Of a stretch of 64,000 bases of DNA, positions 1-10,930 are shown piece after piece. A program made the position numbers and the translations under genes. This DNA comes from a virus. Taxonomy: Duplodnaviria > Heunggongvirae > Uroviricota > Caudoviricetes. The DNA is taken from the IMG/VR virus record IMGVR_UViG_3300033121_001080, positions 17,520-81,519 of that record. One strand, 5' to 3'. The number at the start of each line of letters is the position of its first letter. The first letter of the stretch is position 1. The notes beneath the pieces are model-generated. The model had not been told where the DNA came from and did not search any database. It was given only the letters and a program-made list of their open reading frames with translations.

Positions 1-1546
1 ACTACAGAACCATTGACTTTAGGCCATGTAGCATCAACATAATAAGCAATTTCGTCATCATCGTCGTAATCAACAGCAAATGAACTGGAATATTGTGAGC
101 CACTATCGTAATACAAGAATTGCTCATAACCATCAAAAGATCGCAATAAGTCTTGACGTTGGCTTGCTACTTCATAAGCAGGATAATAAATGGCGGGAGA
201 AGTATATGTTGAATATGTAGGAGTTCCTTGAGCCTGCATCTTAACATTCCACCAATATTGACTTGCAACTCCAGAACCGGTGTAATTTGAAACTCCAGTG
301 GAACCGCTGTATAGTCTTGTTATAACAGAGATTGCGGACGCAGTTGGGTGCGGTCTTCCCGTTACAGATAACTTATACCATCCACCACCAGCAGGAGCAA
401 TAGATGATGTTGCTATAGATCCACTTCCCAATGTAGCATTACTAATAGATGCAGACGACAAATCAAATGTAACACCCATACGATGGGCACCACCAACATC
501 GGCATAGAATTGACCACGATAACGATCTGTTAAAGATGCGCTGACATATCCAGTAATAGTAACGTTTCCAGCATAAGAATCAGTAATAAGCTGATAGACC
601 ATATGCTGACCACCCGAAGATGATCCGGTGTCTTCTGTTATTTTATCAGCCGTCGCAGTTCCATCGGGTGCTATCGCAAGATTTCCTGTGACCGAGGCAC
701 CAACCTTTGTCCAAGTAGAACTATCTAACGACATTGAATCTGTCGTCAAATCAATCATAGATGCCTGATTGGCGATTGTGACAATAGATGCAGAATTCTG
801 AGCAATTACAGAATTGTAATGCTCAAGTAAAGTTAACTTATTTCTGAAAGCTTCGAGTCTCTTGGCTGCAGATCCAAAGAATACGAAATTTCTAAAATCA
901 CTATAATCTACGTTTAGTTCTGCTCCAGCCAAATCAGTAGTATACCATTGCTGCATCACCGTGTCGGTCGGTGCTACTGGATTGAATGCTCCACTTCCCA
1001 ATAATCCAGAAAGTGTTACTTTATCAACAGTGTTGCCTTGTTGGCCGGTAACCGAAATTGATCTATTTGGTGGACGAAGATATTCTAGAATTGGAATGTC
1101 TGGAGCACGAGTTACATATATCTTGTCAATGACAGGATATGATTTTTCTTTCGTAATGAATACGGGAGTGGATATTTGAATGGATGCCGGAAGTGGTCTA
1201 TACAACTTGACATACACATCTCCGATTGTTGTTGGAGATGCGGCAGGAACATATGCCCAATTTGTTATTAATGATTGATAATCATTACCAAAGTTTAATA
1301 ATGTCTTTAAATGACGATCTTGATCAAAGAAATCTTGGATTCGAGTACCAATTTTTTCGTTGATCGCCTGTGTAATGACATCAAATAATGGAATTTCAAT
1401 TGGATTAATTTGAACAGTGTGTCGTAAATTAACTATAGAAGGACCGAACGTAGGAACGGGCGGCAAAACATTAATCAATACATCATATGGTACTGATGTT
1501 GGAGAAAAACTTACAGGAATTGTAGACCCACTTATTAATGTTTGTG
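1..1546 (-). CDS. large tail-fibre/distal tail protein, N-terminal part (gene continues beyond window start)
   Basis: Uninterrupted minus-strand reading frame from ATG at 1546 to position 1 (MPQTLISGSTIPV...). Ser/Thr/Gly-rich. Sits immediately downstream of the baseplate genes. Confidence 0.55.
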
Positions 1547-1564
1547 GCATTTATTACGTTCTCC

Positions 1565-2005
1565 TTAAACTCGACCTAACGCATCTGAAAAATCAATTAA
1601 TGGATTGATATAGACTGGACCTGTAACATTTAATGGTGTAAATGATAATGTGATATCTTGATCCAAAAATGTATTTCCGGCTGCAACTGCTGCTTGTAAC
1701 GAAGCTTCATCAATACGATAGTATATTACTTGAAAATCTGATGGGGATATATCAAACGAAACAGGAGTTAACAAAGAATAAAATGACGGAACAGAGACAT
1801 CTACATGCAAGGAATTAAGAATACATTTATTGCTAATTGTTATATGTTTCGATTGAGTAACTATAGGAGTCCCGACATTATATGTTAACGATGCCGTTAA
1901 ATCACCATGAATTACATACATTTGATCTACAGATGTGGCTAATACTCCCCCCGGCGGTGGTGTATATGGTGAAATTGTTTGTACTCCAACGATTGTACTT
2001 GCCAT
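1565..2005 (-). CDS. hypothetical tail-associated protein
   Basis: 146-aa ORF within the structural gene run, TAA stop. Confidence 0.5.
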   Translation of the reverse strand: MASTIVGVQTISPYTPPPGGVLATSVDQMYVIHGDLTASLTYNVGTPIVTQSKHITISNKCILNSLHVDVSVPSFYSLLTPVSFDISPSDFQVIYYRIDEASLQAAVAAGNTFLDQDITLSFTPLNVTGPVYINPLIDFSDALGRV

Positions 2006-2058
2006 TTATAACTCCGTTTCTAACGCTTCTAGATGCCTCGTGGTGCTACGATCTACAG

Positions 2059-2856
2059 TTAACCGCCCGATGGGAGTATCCCAATTGGAATGCCCACCCC
2101 AGCGTCTCCTAGCGCAGCTACAACCTGAAGTTCGCACGTTGCTTTATTTAATCCCAATGCATATTGATCTACTACAGCCGGATCAAAATTTAACTTTACT
2201 ATCTGTGCCGTGTGCGGGTCCATTGTGATCGACGGCGGCACTACATTTAATCCCGGTGGACAAATGCACGTTACTAATACATAATTTTCTGATACGTTTT
2301 CAAACAATAAATCTTCAGATGGAATTGGCGTATGAGAACCCGCTGTATAATTTTTCTGAATGTTGGATGACACCGGAGTTACTCTAACAGCCTGTTCCGC
2401 CAATCTCCAATCAAACATAGCAATTCCACTACTAGCACGTTTATTATACCATTCTACTCTTATATTATGATACCCCTTGGAAACTGGCACCTTGACTTTA
2501 TATAAAGTTGGAGCTTGATCTATCCAAGAGCTAGCTGAAGTTGGCAATGATATTAAATTGCCATCAATGTAAAATCTCATGCCATCATCAGTAGTATAAA
2601 TAAATTCATACGTAGCTGTGTAGGAGAATAACCAACTACCGTCCCACGACATGTGACTACCATGATTAATATAAATAGGTAAACTTTTATTTATGCCATC
2701 ATATCTAATGTCAGAAGTAATCTTTTCACGAAGAAATAAGGATGAATCAAACAATAGATTGGATGGAACCGGGGGATTATCCGTCAGTGACGGTGAACCC
2801 GAAAATTCCATTTCTACCCATAAATTAGGATATATTGTCGTAGGATATTGTATCAT
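2059..2856 (-). CDS. hypothetical structural protein
   Basis: 265-aa ORF in the baseplate/tail cluster. Confidence 0.5.
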   Translation of the reverse strand: MIQYPTTIYPNLWVEMEFSGSPSLTDNPPVPSNLLFDSSLFLREKITSDIRYDGINKSLPIYINHGSHMSWDGSWLFSYTATYEFIYTTDDGMRFYIDGNLISLPTSASSWIDQAPTLYKVKVPVSKGYHNIRVEWYNKRASSGIAMFDWRLAEQAVRVTPVSSNIQKNYTAGSHTPIPSEDLLFENVSENYVLVTCICPPGLNVVPPSITMDPHTAQIVKLNFDPAVVDQYALGLNKATCELQVVAALGDAGVGIPIGILPSGG

Positions 2857-2858
2857 AA

Positions 2859-3668
2859 TTAAACCAACTTAAATCGCGGATCAATTTGACGCGAATTCTT
2901 AAAATTTATTATAGTGTCACTTAATGAAGATGACATGTAAGCTTGTAATTCTAGCATCTGTACTTTTGGATCATTCGATGTTGAAATTTTATCCAACGAA
3001 GCGGAAAACATAGATGACATCACATGGTTATATAGATCAACAAAAGATGCTTGACCACCGCAGTTAGATATTCTTTGTAATGTAGCCTGATCTAACTTTT
3101 GAGTGATATCTGTAATGGTGACGGCTTCCCCCTTAACCAAATCAGAATTTTGACCGGATATTTCATCAATTATACCTTCTGCGTATACTCTTGGTACTGA
3201 AGGAACGACAAATTCAAATATTTCAGTAGCAGTCTCGTTATTCTGATTAACAGGAGATAACTTCAATTCTGTTCTGGACGGAGAAATTTCTTTAACTAAA
3301 AGCTTTTGGTGACCGCGTGATCCAATCTCATCACTAAAGAAATAAATCGTAACTGAGTATCTACCCGGAGCCAATTTAGCGTATTCTATCACAGTTTCTA
3401 AATTAACATTGATATATTCAAAATATCCAGAAACATCGTACATAGTTGACAACATAATAGAGTTGTCAGTAATTGGAATTTTTACAGTAGATGCAAAACT
3501 TCCGTCTGGAAAGTAAAACCAAACTTCCAAATTGTCTTTTGGGCTGGTTCCAAACAATTTCATGACTTCTCCACGAACAACTAAATCATAGTCTTTCGTA
3601 GACAATCTATGAATTCTTTCATCTGAAGAATTATTTATCTGTGTTATAAAGTTGAGTTGATTAGCCAT
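2859..3668 (-). CDS. hypothetical baseplate/tail protein
   Basis: 269-aa ORF, tightly packed with its neighbours. Confidence 0.5.
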   Translation of the reverse strand: MANQLNFITQINNSSDERIHRLSTKDYDLVVRGEVMKLFGTSPKDNLEVWFYFPDGSFASTVKIPITDNSIMLSTMYDVSGYFEYINVNLETVIEYAKLAPGRYSVTIYFFSDEIGSRGHQKLLVKEISPSRTELKLSPVNQNNETATEIFEFVVPSVPRVYAEGIIDEISGQNSDLVKGEAVTITDITQKLDQATLQRISNCGGQASFVDLYNHVMSSMFSASLDKISTSNDPKVQMLELQAYMSSSLSDTIINFKNSRQIDPRFKLV

Positions 3669-3669
3669 A

Positions 3670-4074
3670 TTATCCCTTAAAATACGTTATTGATCGTGAC
3701 GGCGGAACAAACTCAGTAAATTTCGTGTTAATTCCAGTCGTAAATTTAGCTCTGTCTAAGATGTAAGTTTTAGACAACACAGGGAAATATTGCGGATTGT
3801 CGTGTGGGGTATTAGTACGAACAGACAAAAATTGAGCAATATCACGTTCATATTGATCAGCCCCGCTAGGCAATTGAGGTATAATTGTTGTGTCATAGAA
3901 TTTAATACTGGACGAGAACGTGACAGGATTATTCAAGAATGCATCAGTATATACAACCGCAGGATATCTAATTGTGGTTGGATCTGCTATAAATGATTGA
4001 TTCAAGTCAACCGGAGGTTCTGTAATCGTATTACCAGCCAATGAACTGGATAGTTCTTCTAGTGCTGTTGGCAT
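3670..4074 (-). CDS. hypothetical structural protein
   Basis: 134-aa ORF, end-to-start with flanking genes. Confidence 0.45.
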   Translation of the reverse strand: MPTALEELSSSLAGNTITEPPVDLNQSFIADPTTIRYPAVVYTDAFLNNPVTFSSSIKFYDTTIIPQLPSGADQYERDIAQFLSVRTNTPHDNPQYFPVLSKTYILDRAKFTTGINTKFTEFVPPSRSITYFKG

Positions 4075-5093
4075 TAACCATTTATCCTAAAGTAATAGTT
4101 GTTATCAAATTCATACGTGTATCCACCACTTATAACCTTAATCATAAGTTTGTAGTAACGGCGTGGGTACATCTTTTGTACTCTAAAGTTAAAGTAGTTT
4201 CCGTCTGCATCTACACTAATCTTTGAGTAATCGTCAAACGGAACAATTACTTCATTTGACTTTAAATCCACGATAGAATAATAAGATGAAGATGGTAAGT
4301 ATGAATTATTCCACTCAACAAAAGTACTACTAAATGTTTTGAGTGGGTATTGCTTTCTTGCTACCAAATCAACTCGAACAACTTCATTTGGATTATATAA
4401 CGGACGTAAATTTGACGGATACACTATTAAACCAGAACTGACGGATGCTGACATCGAGGAGGTGTCTCGTGAAGAATCATCCCATTTAGCAATTAACGTA
4501 GGAGAAAATACAGTATGTGTATCTTTAGAAAAGAATGAAATTTTTCCCTTGTTATACGAATCTACTTCTGATCCAGTTGGAAATCTAACCAAAAATCCAT
4601 TATTAGTTATTGTTCCCGATACCCAATTCAATATCATAGAAGTTACATCAAATGTAACGTCAGTTAATGGAGTTGTTAAAGTTGCGCTACTTGTTGGAGA
4701 TCCAGAAAATGTAGATCCAGAACTTCCCCAAAGAGATCCCGAATATCTATATACCCAAGTTGGTCCTTGCGATTCTTCTAGCATGTCTTGATAATAATAT
4801 CCCTGACCCTCAATCCAGCTTTCGCTAATTGGCATTAGTTGAACAACTTGATTTCTAAGTAATCGTTCTCCATTAGCAACAAACAATTTTAAATCAAACA
4901 CAGAATTTTGAGAAATGGTACCATTAGCTATACTAGCTGAAATTGTGTCGATATCAAATTGAATCAAAGATCGAATAGATTTCGTCCCCAATTCATTCTT
5001 ACCCACTTCTAAAATTTCATCCAATCCAGTCTCTCTTGATATAAATTCTTGATAGATACTGGCGTCTTGAGTTGGAAAATAAAATTGTCTCAT
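4074..5093 (-). CDS. baseplate wedge-associated protein (gpI/gp7-position)
   Basis: 339-aa ORF immediately downstream of the baseplate-J-like gene. Confidence 0.45.
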   Translation of the reverse strand: MRQFYFPTQDASIYQEFISRETGLDEILEVGKNELGTKSIRSLIQFDIDTISASIANGTISQNSVFDLKLFVANGERLLRNQVVQLMPISESWIEGQGYYYQDMLEESQGPTWVYRYSGSLWGSSGSTFSGSPTSSATLTTPLTDVTFDVTSMILNWVSGTITNNGFLVRFPTGSEVDSYNKGKISFFSKDTHTVFSPTLIAKWDDSSRDTSSMSASVSSGLIVYPSNLRPLYNPNEVVRVDLVARKQYPLKTFSSTFVEWNNSYLPSSSYYSIVDLKSNEVIVPFDDYSKISVDADGNYFNFRVQKMYPRRYYKLMIKVISGGYTYEFDNNYYFRING

Positions 5094-5103
5094 TAATTAT
5101 CTC

Positions 5104-7035
5104 TTATTGTATTGCGTTAGCAATAATATCAGTTTCAGGATATCGTAATTCAAAAATACATGGATCAAGAGATGGATATATAATACCATTATCTGTTGCG
5201 GCATCCAAATCGTACAAGAAATTCCAGTAATCTGATCCATCTCTATACTGATACTTGTTGAATACTTTCAATGAAGAAACATTTTGTACCCCGTCCACAG
5301 ATGCAATTTCTAACAACAAATCATTCAATATAATTGGTTGGTTGATGTCCCATTTACTAATATCAAAGAACTGAGTTATTGCATCAATACATCTTGCCAA
5401 TACTTCGTTCATATTGTAATTTCTGTACACGATGACCTTGAATTCTACCCCGATATTAACAACAAATGCATCCAAAATATTAATTTCGTCTGTAAGCATT
5501 CTATATGCTTCTAAGTAGTTTTTAAGATTTGTTTTGGTGTCTGCATTTAATGTCGTCAAACGCTTGTTGCCGTTGTATCCCAAAACATACAAATTAACTT
5601 TGTTTTGACCAACTGGTTCCGGCACAAAATCACCGGGACCGGGAGGTGTCAATGTATTCGTTGCTGTAGATATTGCCATTAGATGATCTTCTCTAGCAAC
5701 AAATGATTTAGCTACACCACCGTATTTAGCTGGCATTGCAAAACATCTGACAATATAATCTTCTGGAGTAACCAATCTATTTTGTGCATTAAAGAATGCC
5801 ACAGCATTTTGCTTAATCTCGTCAATGCTGTCCTGATCCTTACCACCGGTTGCTGGTTGAGAATTATTGACTGCAACTGTTAGTTTAATATCTTCAAACA
5901 ATCTCGCTTGAGCGGTTGAATATCCAGATGTGTCATTAAGAAACACCACATTATCTATTTTAGTAATAGAATTTGAAGGAACGTTGGAATCAATTCCCCC
6001 GCCAGTCGAGTACGTGATCGTTAATGTTGTATTAGATGGTGCCAATCCGTATGACTTCGAAGATAAGAAATTGGCTGGATCTAACGGAGTAGATGCCAAA
6101 TAATTTTCATATTCAGAGTTGGCGATGCGCTTTGCATCCAAGCTAACTCTGGAATCAGAATCATCTACAACACCAGAACCAAATTGAATTTCCAAATTAT
6201 AGTTCTTATCATATCGTGTTACGAAACGTCTAGCTTGCTTCTTCAATTTTAGTATATAAAAAGGTGCCGTGCTTTCGTTGGAAGCAGCACTTCGCAAATT
6301 GTTTTTATCTTCAAATACCATATCTTGAGCAAGATAATCAGTTTCGTACCAAGTATTGGAATTTGAATCTAATACTCGTAATATTTCTAATATGTTAGAA
6401 TCAGAAATAGTAATTTTTGAAAACTTCTGCGGTGCGCCAAATGTAGCAGTATATGTTTTTATCGTACCAGCCGTTGCGGTTACTTTCTTTTTAACTAAAT
6501 ATGTCAATGGATTGTTTAGACCATCAACAGAATATACAGTTACTTCGCGGTCTAATTCATTTGAAAAATCTATAACTTCAAGAGTTCTAAATTGTGTTTT
6601 AAATTGTGGTGATGATAGTATCATTCCAGAATCTATTTTTAACAAATATGTAGAATCTAATGCGTATGCGCTAGTAACATCCAATGCTGGACAAATTTGA
6701 TAAACATCTAGTGTCACAGATGCCGCCGTACGTGGCTTTGGTTTGTATCCAAATGACTGCGCGATGGATAAAACGTTATCGAGTTCTTGAGAATATTGTG
6801 GTAGGTTTTCTTTAAACTGTGCGTCTGTGTAGTATGACAATACATCACCAACATACGCTGCCATTTCAATAAACATCATGCCGGGGGATGATTCGTTAAA
6901 ATCTGTGTATGTATCAGGATAATACACCTTGGCAAAATCTATTAAACTTTGACGAAATTGTGGGAATGTCTTGTTTAAGTAATTAATCTCTTTTGATTTC
7001 GGAGAAAAAACTTTGTCTAATTTTCTGAGTGCCAT
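5104..7035 (-). CDS. baseplate J-like protein (T4 gp6 / P2 gpJ family)
   Basis: 643 aa. N-terminal FIEMAAYVGDVLSYYTD...SIAQSFGYKPKPRTAASV resembles the baseplate-J signature. Directly follows the gp25-like gene. Confidence 0.6.
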   Translation of the reverse strand: MALRKLDKVFSPKSKEINYLNKTFPQFRQSLIDFAKVYYPDTYTDFNESSPGMMFIEMAAYVGDVLSYYTDAQFKENLPQYSQELDNVLSIAQSFGYKPKPRTAASVTLDVYQICPALDVTSAYALDSTYLLKIDSGMILSSPQFKTQFRTLEVIDFSNELDREVTVYSVDGLNNPLTYLVKKKVTATAGTIKTYTATFGAPQKFSKITISDSNILEILRVLDSNSNTWYETDYLAQDMVFEDKNNLRSAASNESTAPFYILKLKKQARRFVTRYDKNYNLEIQFGSGVVDDSDSRVSLDAKRIANSEYENYLASTPLDPANFLSSKSYGLAPSNTTLTITYSTGGGIDSNVPSNSITKIDNVVFLNDTSGYSTAQARLFEDIKLTVAVNNSQPATGGKDQDSIDEIKQNAVAFFNAQNRLVTPEDYIVRCFAMPAKYGGVAKSFVAREDHLMAISTATNTLTPPGPGDFVPEPVGQNKVNLYVLGYNGNKRLTTLNADTKTNLKNYLEAYRMLTDEINILDAFVVNIGVEFKVIVYRNYNMNEVLARCIDAITQFFDISKWDINQPIILNDLLLEIASVDGVQNVSSLKVFNKYQYRDGSDYWNFLYDLDAATDNGIIYPSLDPCIFELRYPETDIIANAIQ

Positions 7036-7036
7036 A

Positions 7037-7408
7037 TTACAATACCAAAGTTATTGTATCGGTGATTTTAACGTTAGATCGTAAATTATACGAAATTGTT
7101 GCATATACTTTGTGTTCATCTTCATTTTTTGATATAGAAACATCCTTAATCAAAATGAAAGGCATCCACAATTGTACAGCTTCTTCTACACTGGCTCTTG
7201 CCGAAGCAATTGTGTTGTCTGTTATTTGCTCAAAAACCAAATTATGAATTGTGCAACCGAAGAGAGGCTGCATGATTCTCTCTCCTCGCTTAGTTAAAAT
7301 AAGATTAATCAAGTTGGATTTAATTTGCGTCAACGCATCCATTCCTTGATTAAAATATCCATTGTTGCCACGCTCCACTGGGAGCAGAATACCAAACGGT
7401 TTAGCCAT
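7037..7408 (-). CDS. baseplate wedge protein gp25/GpW-like (lysozyme-like)
   Basis: 123 aa. Motif TKRGERIMQPLFGCTIHNLVFEQ matches the GPW_gp25 core (xRGxRxxxPxFGC). Confidence 0.7.
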   Translation of the reverse strand: MAKPFGILLPVERGNNGYFNQGMDALTQIKSNLINLILTKRGERIMQPLFGCTIHNLVFEQITDNTIASARASVEEAVQLWMPFILIKDVSISKNEDEHKVYATISYNLRSNVKITDTITLVL

Positions 7409-7920
7409 TATACTGGTCGCAAGTTTCTAGCTTTTTCGTCCATCTTTTTCAAGATTCCGGAGTAATCTTTATTAAGTGCTTGTACCAAATAATCTGGCAC
7501 AGCATTTGGATCAATTGGACGTTCAACACCAGTGTCAGTAACTATTCTGTCAATAGTATTGATTGGTGATTGATCTCCATATCCGATCATCTCCTCAACC
7601 TTTGCTCTGTTTGCAAACGGCATAGGTGATCTTGCAACTTCAGACGTAAACGGACGACCGCCCAATGTTCTGTACTCTGTATCACCAATATCATCATCAA
7701 GCAAAAGTGTTCGAGATTCTTTCAACGGACGCTTTTTTGCTACTGGTGTGTTATTAGCTACAAATTTAGAAATTCTGCGATCAACTGTTTCGGAAATTAC
7801 TTCACCAAGCATAACAGGAATGTATTTGCTAATGTAGTCATTGACCACTTCACTTACTACATTATCTATTTCTTCCTTAACAATTTCTCGAATCATTTCT
7901 TGAAATTCTGATTTTTTCAT
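7408..7920 (-). CDS. hypothetical baseplate assembly protein
   Basis: 170-aa ORF, stop/start overlap with the gp25-like gene. Confidence 0.4.
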   Translation of the reverse strand: MKKSEFQEMIREIVKEEIDNVVSEVVNDYISKYIPVMLGEVISETVDRRISKFVANNTPVAKKRPLKESRTLLLDDDIGDTEYRTLGGRPFTSEVARSPMPFANRAKVEEMIGYGDQSPINTIDRIVTDTGVERPIDPNAVPDYLVQALNKDYSGILKKMDEKARNLRPV

Positions 7921-7921
7921 A

Positions 7922-9400
7922 TTATCCCTCTTTGGTTATCATATCTGTATACACATCATGTGTAGAAGTTAATGGTGGTACTGCTGGAACTGGTTCGTTG
8001 TGGACGCCATTTCCACCAACAAAACTAGACAAACTCAATATATCATTTAATTTTGTTGACAATGTTTGCAATCTGCTTGCTACATCTTGACTTAGTGCAA
8101 CCGGACTTCCACATGCAGATATGCCATGTTGGCCGGTGTTATCTAAATGCAACTTAATGAATTCCTGTAATATTTGTACTAAAACATCTCCAAATACCAT
8201 TGGATGCTTATAATTAGAGTCAGAACCAATGAAAATACTAGGAGATTGTAATGAAATTTTAGAGTTTGACAGTAAATTCAAATTGGAATTCGAATGTACC
8301 TTGAAATTTCCATCTACATCAACAATATACTGTCCACGCACCCAGTTTTTCTTGCCAGCCGCTACATTTTCCTTCACAGACCCGACTATATCATATAACA
8401 CATTTCCACCAACCAACGACACAATATTTCTTGTTGAATCTAATGTTATGTCTGTTGCAGAAGTTAAATTCACACCATTTCTAGCATGAAGCATTATTTG
8501 TTCTGTTCGTGAGTTCAAAACAACTCTGTCAGAATTAACTATAAATTGGCCACCACCAAATACAGATGGATAATTTTGAATAGACTTACCATGAACTTGT
8601 TCATTAACTGTCGCCAACCTAATCGGGACTATTTGATCTGAAACCATCCACAAGGATGTTTTATCCAAATTTATATCTTCAACAACTCTTCCGGCGTATG
8701 AATCTGGTACTGGCAGTGCATCGGCTGGTCCTACTCTAAATAACATGTTTGGTGATTGATTTTCATTTTCTGACGCAAATACGTTCTTATGAATTCTTTC
8801 GTCTAACCATGCCGAACCAAATCGTATAGAATTTCCAGTTCTGCCTTCTATAATTCTGTCGCCTTCCCAATGTCGCAGTCTGTAAACCACCTTATCCTTG
8901 CTAAAATATTCGCCCAATTTATCTTGATCTGCGGCCTCGTTCGAAGGAGCATATGCAGATTTAGCAATATTAGTATTGATTTCAGTTCCAATTAAAGATG
9001 GTCCAGTTGTAGAATGTATACCGAAATAAGCTTGATGTGTGGCGTTGTTACCAAGATTTATCTTTGTTGTGTAATAAAATCTGTTCAACGCTTTGAATAC
9101 ACGAACTATTTCATTTTTTAACGGAAATTCTTCTGAATTTGCATCTATTGGATATGCCCAATTAAGTTGTTGTTCGTTAGAAGTGGCATTGTAATTAATA
9201 GCTCTAAAACGAATAGAACCTACTGAATATCCAACGTCAGAATCAAATAATGGATGTTCGTCGTTAACAATAACATCTTCAACGATAGCTTCAACCATTT
9301 CTTCCCACTCAATCGTCGGATACAAGACTTGACGATTAAATAATGGGTTTTCAACTGAATAGATCGGCTTTGCCGTTGGTTTGACGCGCTTCCACGACAT
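7922..9400 (-). CDS. putative baseplate hub/structural protein
   Basis: 492-aa ORF upstream of the wedge genes. Confidence 0.4.
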   Translation of the reverse strand: MSWKRVKPTAKPIYSVENPLFNRQVLYPTIEWEEMVEAIVEDVIVNDEHPLFDSDVGYSVGSIRFRAINYNATSNEQQLNWAYPIDANSEEFPLKNEIVRVFKALNRFYYTTKINLGNNATHQAYFGIHSTTGPSLIGTEINTNIAKSAYAPSNEAADQDKLGEYFSKDKVVYRLRHWEGDRIIEGRTGNSIRFGSAWLDERIHKNVFASENENQSPNMLFRVGPADALPVPDSYAGRVVEDINLDKTSLWMVSDQIVPIRLATVNEQVHGKSIQNYPSVFGGGQFIVNSDRVVLNSRTEQIMLHARNGVNLTSATDITLDSTRNIVSLVGGNVLYDIVGSVKENVAAGKKNWVRGQYIVDVDGNFKVHSNSNLNLLSNSKISLQSPSIFIGSDSNYKHPMVFGDVLVQILQEFIKLHLDNTGQHGISACGSPVALSQDVASRLQTLSTKLNDILSLSSFVGGNGVHNEPVPAVPPLTSTHDVYTDMITKEG

Positions 9401-9401
9401 A

Positions 9402-9812
9402 TTAAACCTTTGGCTTTGCGGCGTCAGATAACTTAGTTAACTCTTGTTCCAATTCCTTCGTAGCTTCCACAAGCTCCTTACCAGCATTTCTAATTAACTG
9501 ATCTTTTTCTGATTCGGAAAGAATTTCACCGCCGCCCTCACCAGATTGATATGCCTCGGCTGAAATTACACGTTGGACGATAGTTGCAATTTTAACCAAC
9601 TGATCGTCATTTTTAACTGAAACATCGTAATAATCTTTGATTATCGGGGCGATATTTGCTACATCGGCTGGATTAACAATAAGTTTAGACATTTCACCTA
9701 TTACGGCTTTAATGTCTTTTCTCTTATCTCGGCTGATATTGTAAATATCCTCCAACAAAGAACTTAGAGTCTTTCCAGTAAAAACTTCGGTTTCTCCACC
9801 TTTCATATGCAC
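9402..9812 (-). CDS. hypothetical protein
   Basis: 136-aa ORF. An RBS-like ggaggtg precedes the ATG. Confidence 0.5.
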   Translation of the reverse strand: MHMKGGETEVFTGKTLSSLLEDIYNISRDKRKDIKAVIGEMSKLIVNPADVANIAPIIKDYYDVSVKNDDQLVKIATIVQRVISAEAYQSGEGGGEILSESEKDQLIRNAGKELVEATKELEQELTKLSDAAKPKV

Positions 9813-9842
9813 CTCCTGATGTTATACTAATAAATAGATTTA

Positions 9843-9871
9843 AAACACAAAAAGAGCGGAAAATCCGCTCT
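9843..9871 (-). terminator. rho-independent terminator (minus strand)
   Basis: Hairpin AGAGCGG-aaaat-CCGCTCT, followed on the minus strand by TTTTTGTGTTTT. Lies just after the stop of gene 9897..10655. Confidence 0.6.
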
Positions 9872-9896
9872 TTCTGGTCAATCTATAATTTTATAA

Positions 9897-10655
9897 CTAC
9901 CGATAAGTAAAGAATTTAGAAGTTGGGTCGTTAATTATGCCATATTCTCGGTAATCATTCAGTTGTTTGGTTATATGAAGCTTCATTTTACCCAAAACCT
10001 TGGTAATGTATGAAGTTTTACAATCGGTCATTTCTCGTATCATCAAATATACTGCTTTTTTATTGAAATTTTCCATGGTGTCCACTCGCTTGAATAATTC
10101 AATGACGGCGTTGGCTATTTCAATATCTCGCTTTTTCTTGAAATATTTGGTAACATTATGTTCCCAATATGTTATCATTAATTTCACGAATTCTTTCATT
10201 TCTTCTTGATTTTGTGTATCTGGAGCATTTAATACTAATGTTTCTTCAATTGGTAAGTCTGTCGGGCTGGCATGTTCATCAATATCGCCAAACAGAGAAA
10301 CAGAGCGTTTTTCATTTTTATATCCGTTATTATTGTGCAATATGAGATAGTTTTTGGCAATAACACTGAAATAAGAAAACGCCTTACCTTTATCTTTTGT
10401 ATATTTACTGAGGTGGATGCACAGAAAGGACACTACTTGCTTTTTGATATCGTCAAAAGAATAATTAATATATGGGAATTTGAATCTATTAATAATATTT
10501 TCTGCTAACTTATCAAACGGATATTCTATAAATTCTCTGTATATTTGCTCTCGTACTTCCGGATCGTCAGATTCATTGTATCTAATAATGGCATTTTGAG
10601 TTTCATCTGTAAAATACATTTTCTGAGCGGGGTCAGTTGACTTACGTTTTCTCAT
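9897..10655 (-). CDS. gp55-like late-transcription sigma factor (putative)
   Basis: 252 aa. Segment RFKFPYINYS...KYTKDKGKAFSYFSVIAKNY parallels T4 gp55 RFNFSGYTQS...KYKNPHAYITQACFNAF. Confidence 0.45.
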   Translation of the reverse strand: MRKRKSTDPAQKMYFTDETQNAIIRYNESDDPEVREQIYREFIEYPFDKLAENIINRFKFPYINYSFDDIKKQVVSFLCIHLSKYTKDKGKAFSYFSVIAKNYLILHNNNGYKNEKRSVSLFGDIDEHASPTDLPIEETLVLNAPDTQNQEEMKEFVKLMITYWEHNVTKYFKKKRDIEIANAVIELFKRVDTMENFNKKAVYLMIREMTDCKTSYITKVLGKMKLHITKQLNDYREYGIINDPTSKFFTYR

Positions 10656-10930
10656 TTATTATCACCAATTACTACTTCTAAGCTAAGGATTGCAGTCTTG
10701 ATTGTATCAAATATATCTCCTACTTCATCATCTGCCTGAAATGCTCCTTTCTCGTCAATCTCTTTTATGGTGACCAACACTCGTTGTAATTCTCCCAACA
10801 GACGTTCGTCAAATGCGTTACCTACTTCTATTTGACGTTCATACGCCTCCATTTTTCTGATTGAAATAACATTGGCATATATCGACAACCCCAGCAAAAC
10901 TAATACTACTAAAAATAAAACATATATCAT
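10652..10930 (-). CDS. small membrane protein
   Basis: 92 aa with a hydrophobic N-terminal helix. Confidence 0.5.
   Translation of the reverse strand: MIYVLFLVVLVLLGLSIYANVISIRKMEAYERQIEVGNAFDERLLGELQRVLVTIKEIDEKGAFQADDEVGDIFDTIKTAILSLEVVIGDNK

Noticed and set aside
298-2228. Plus-strand ORFs (298-507, 961-1179, 1417-1608, 1882-2112, 1935-2228) inside the tail-fibre region
   Set aside because: They lie entirely inside, and antisense to, long uninterrupted minus-strand structural ORFs. They have no RBS and an odd composition.
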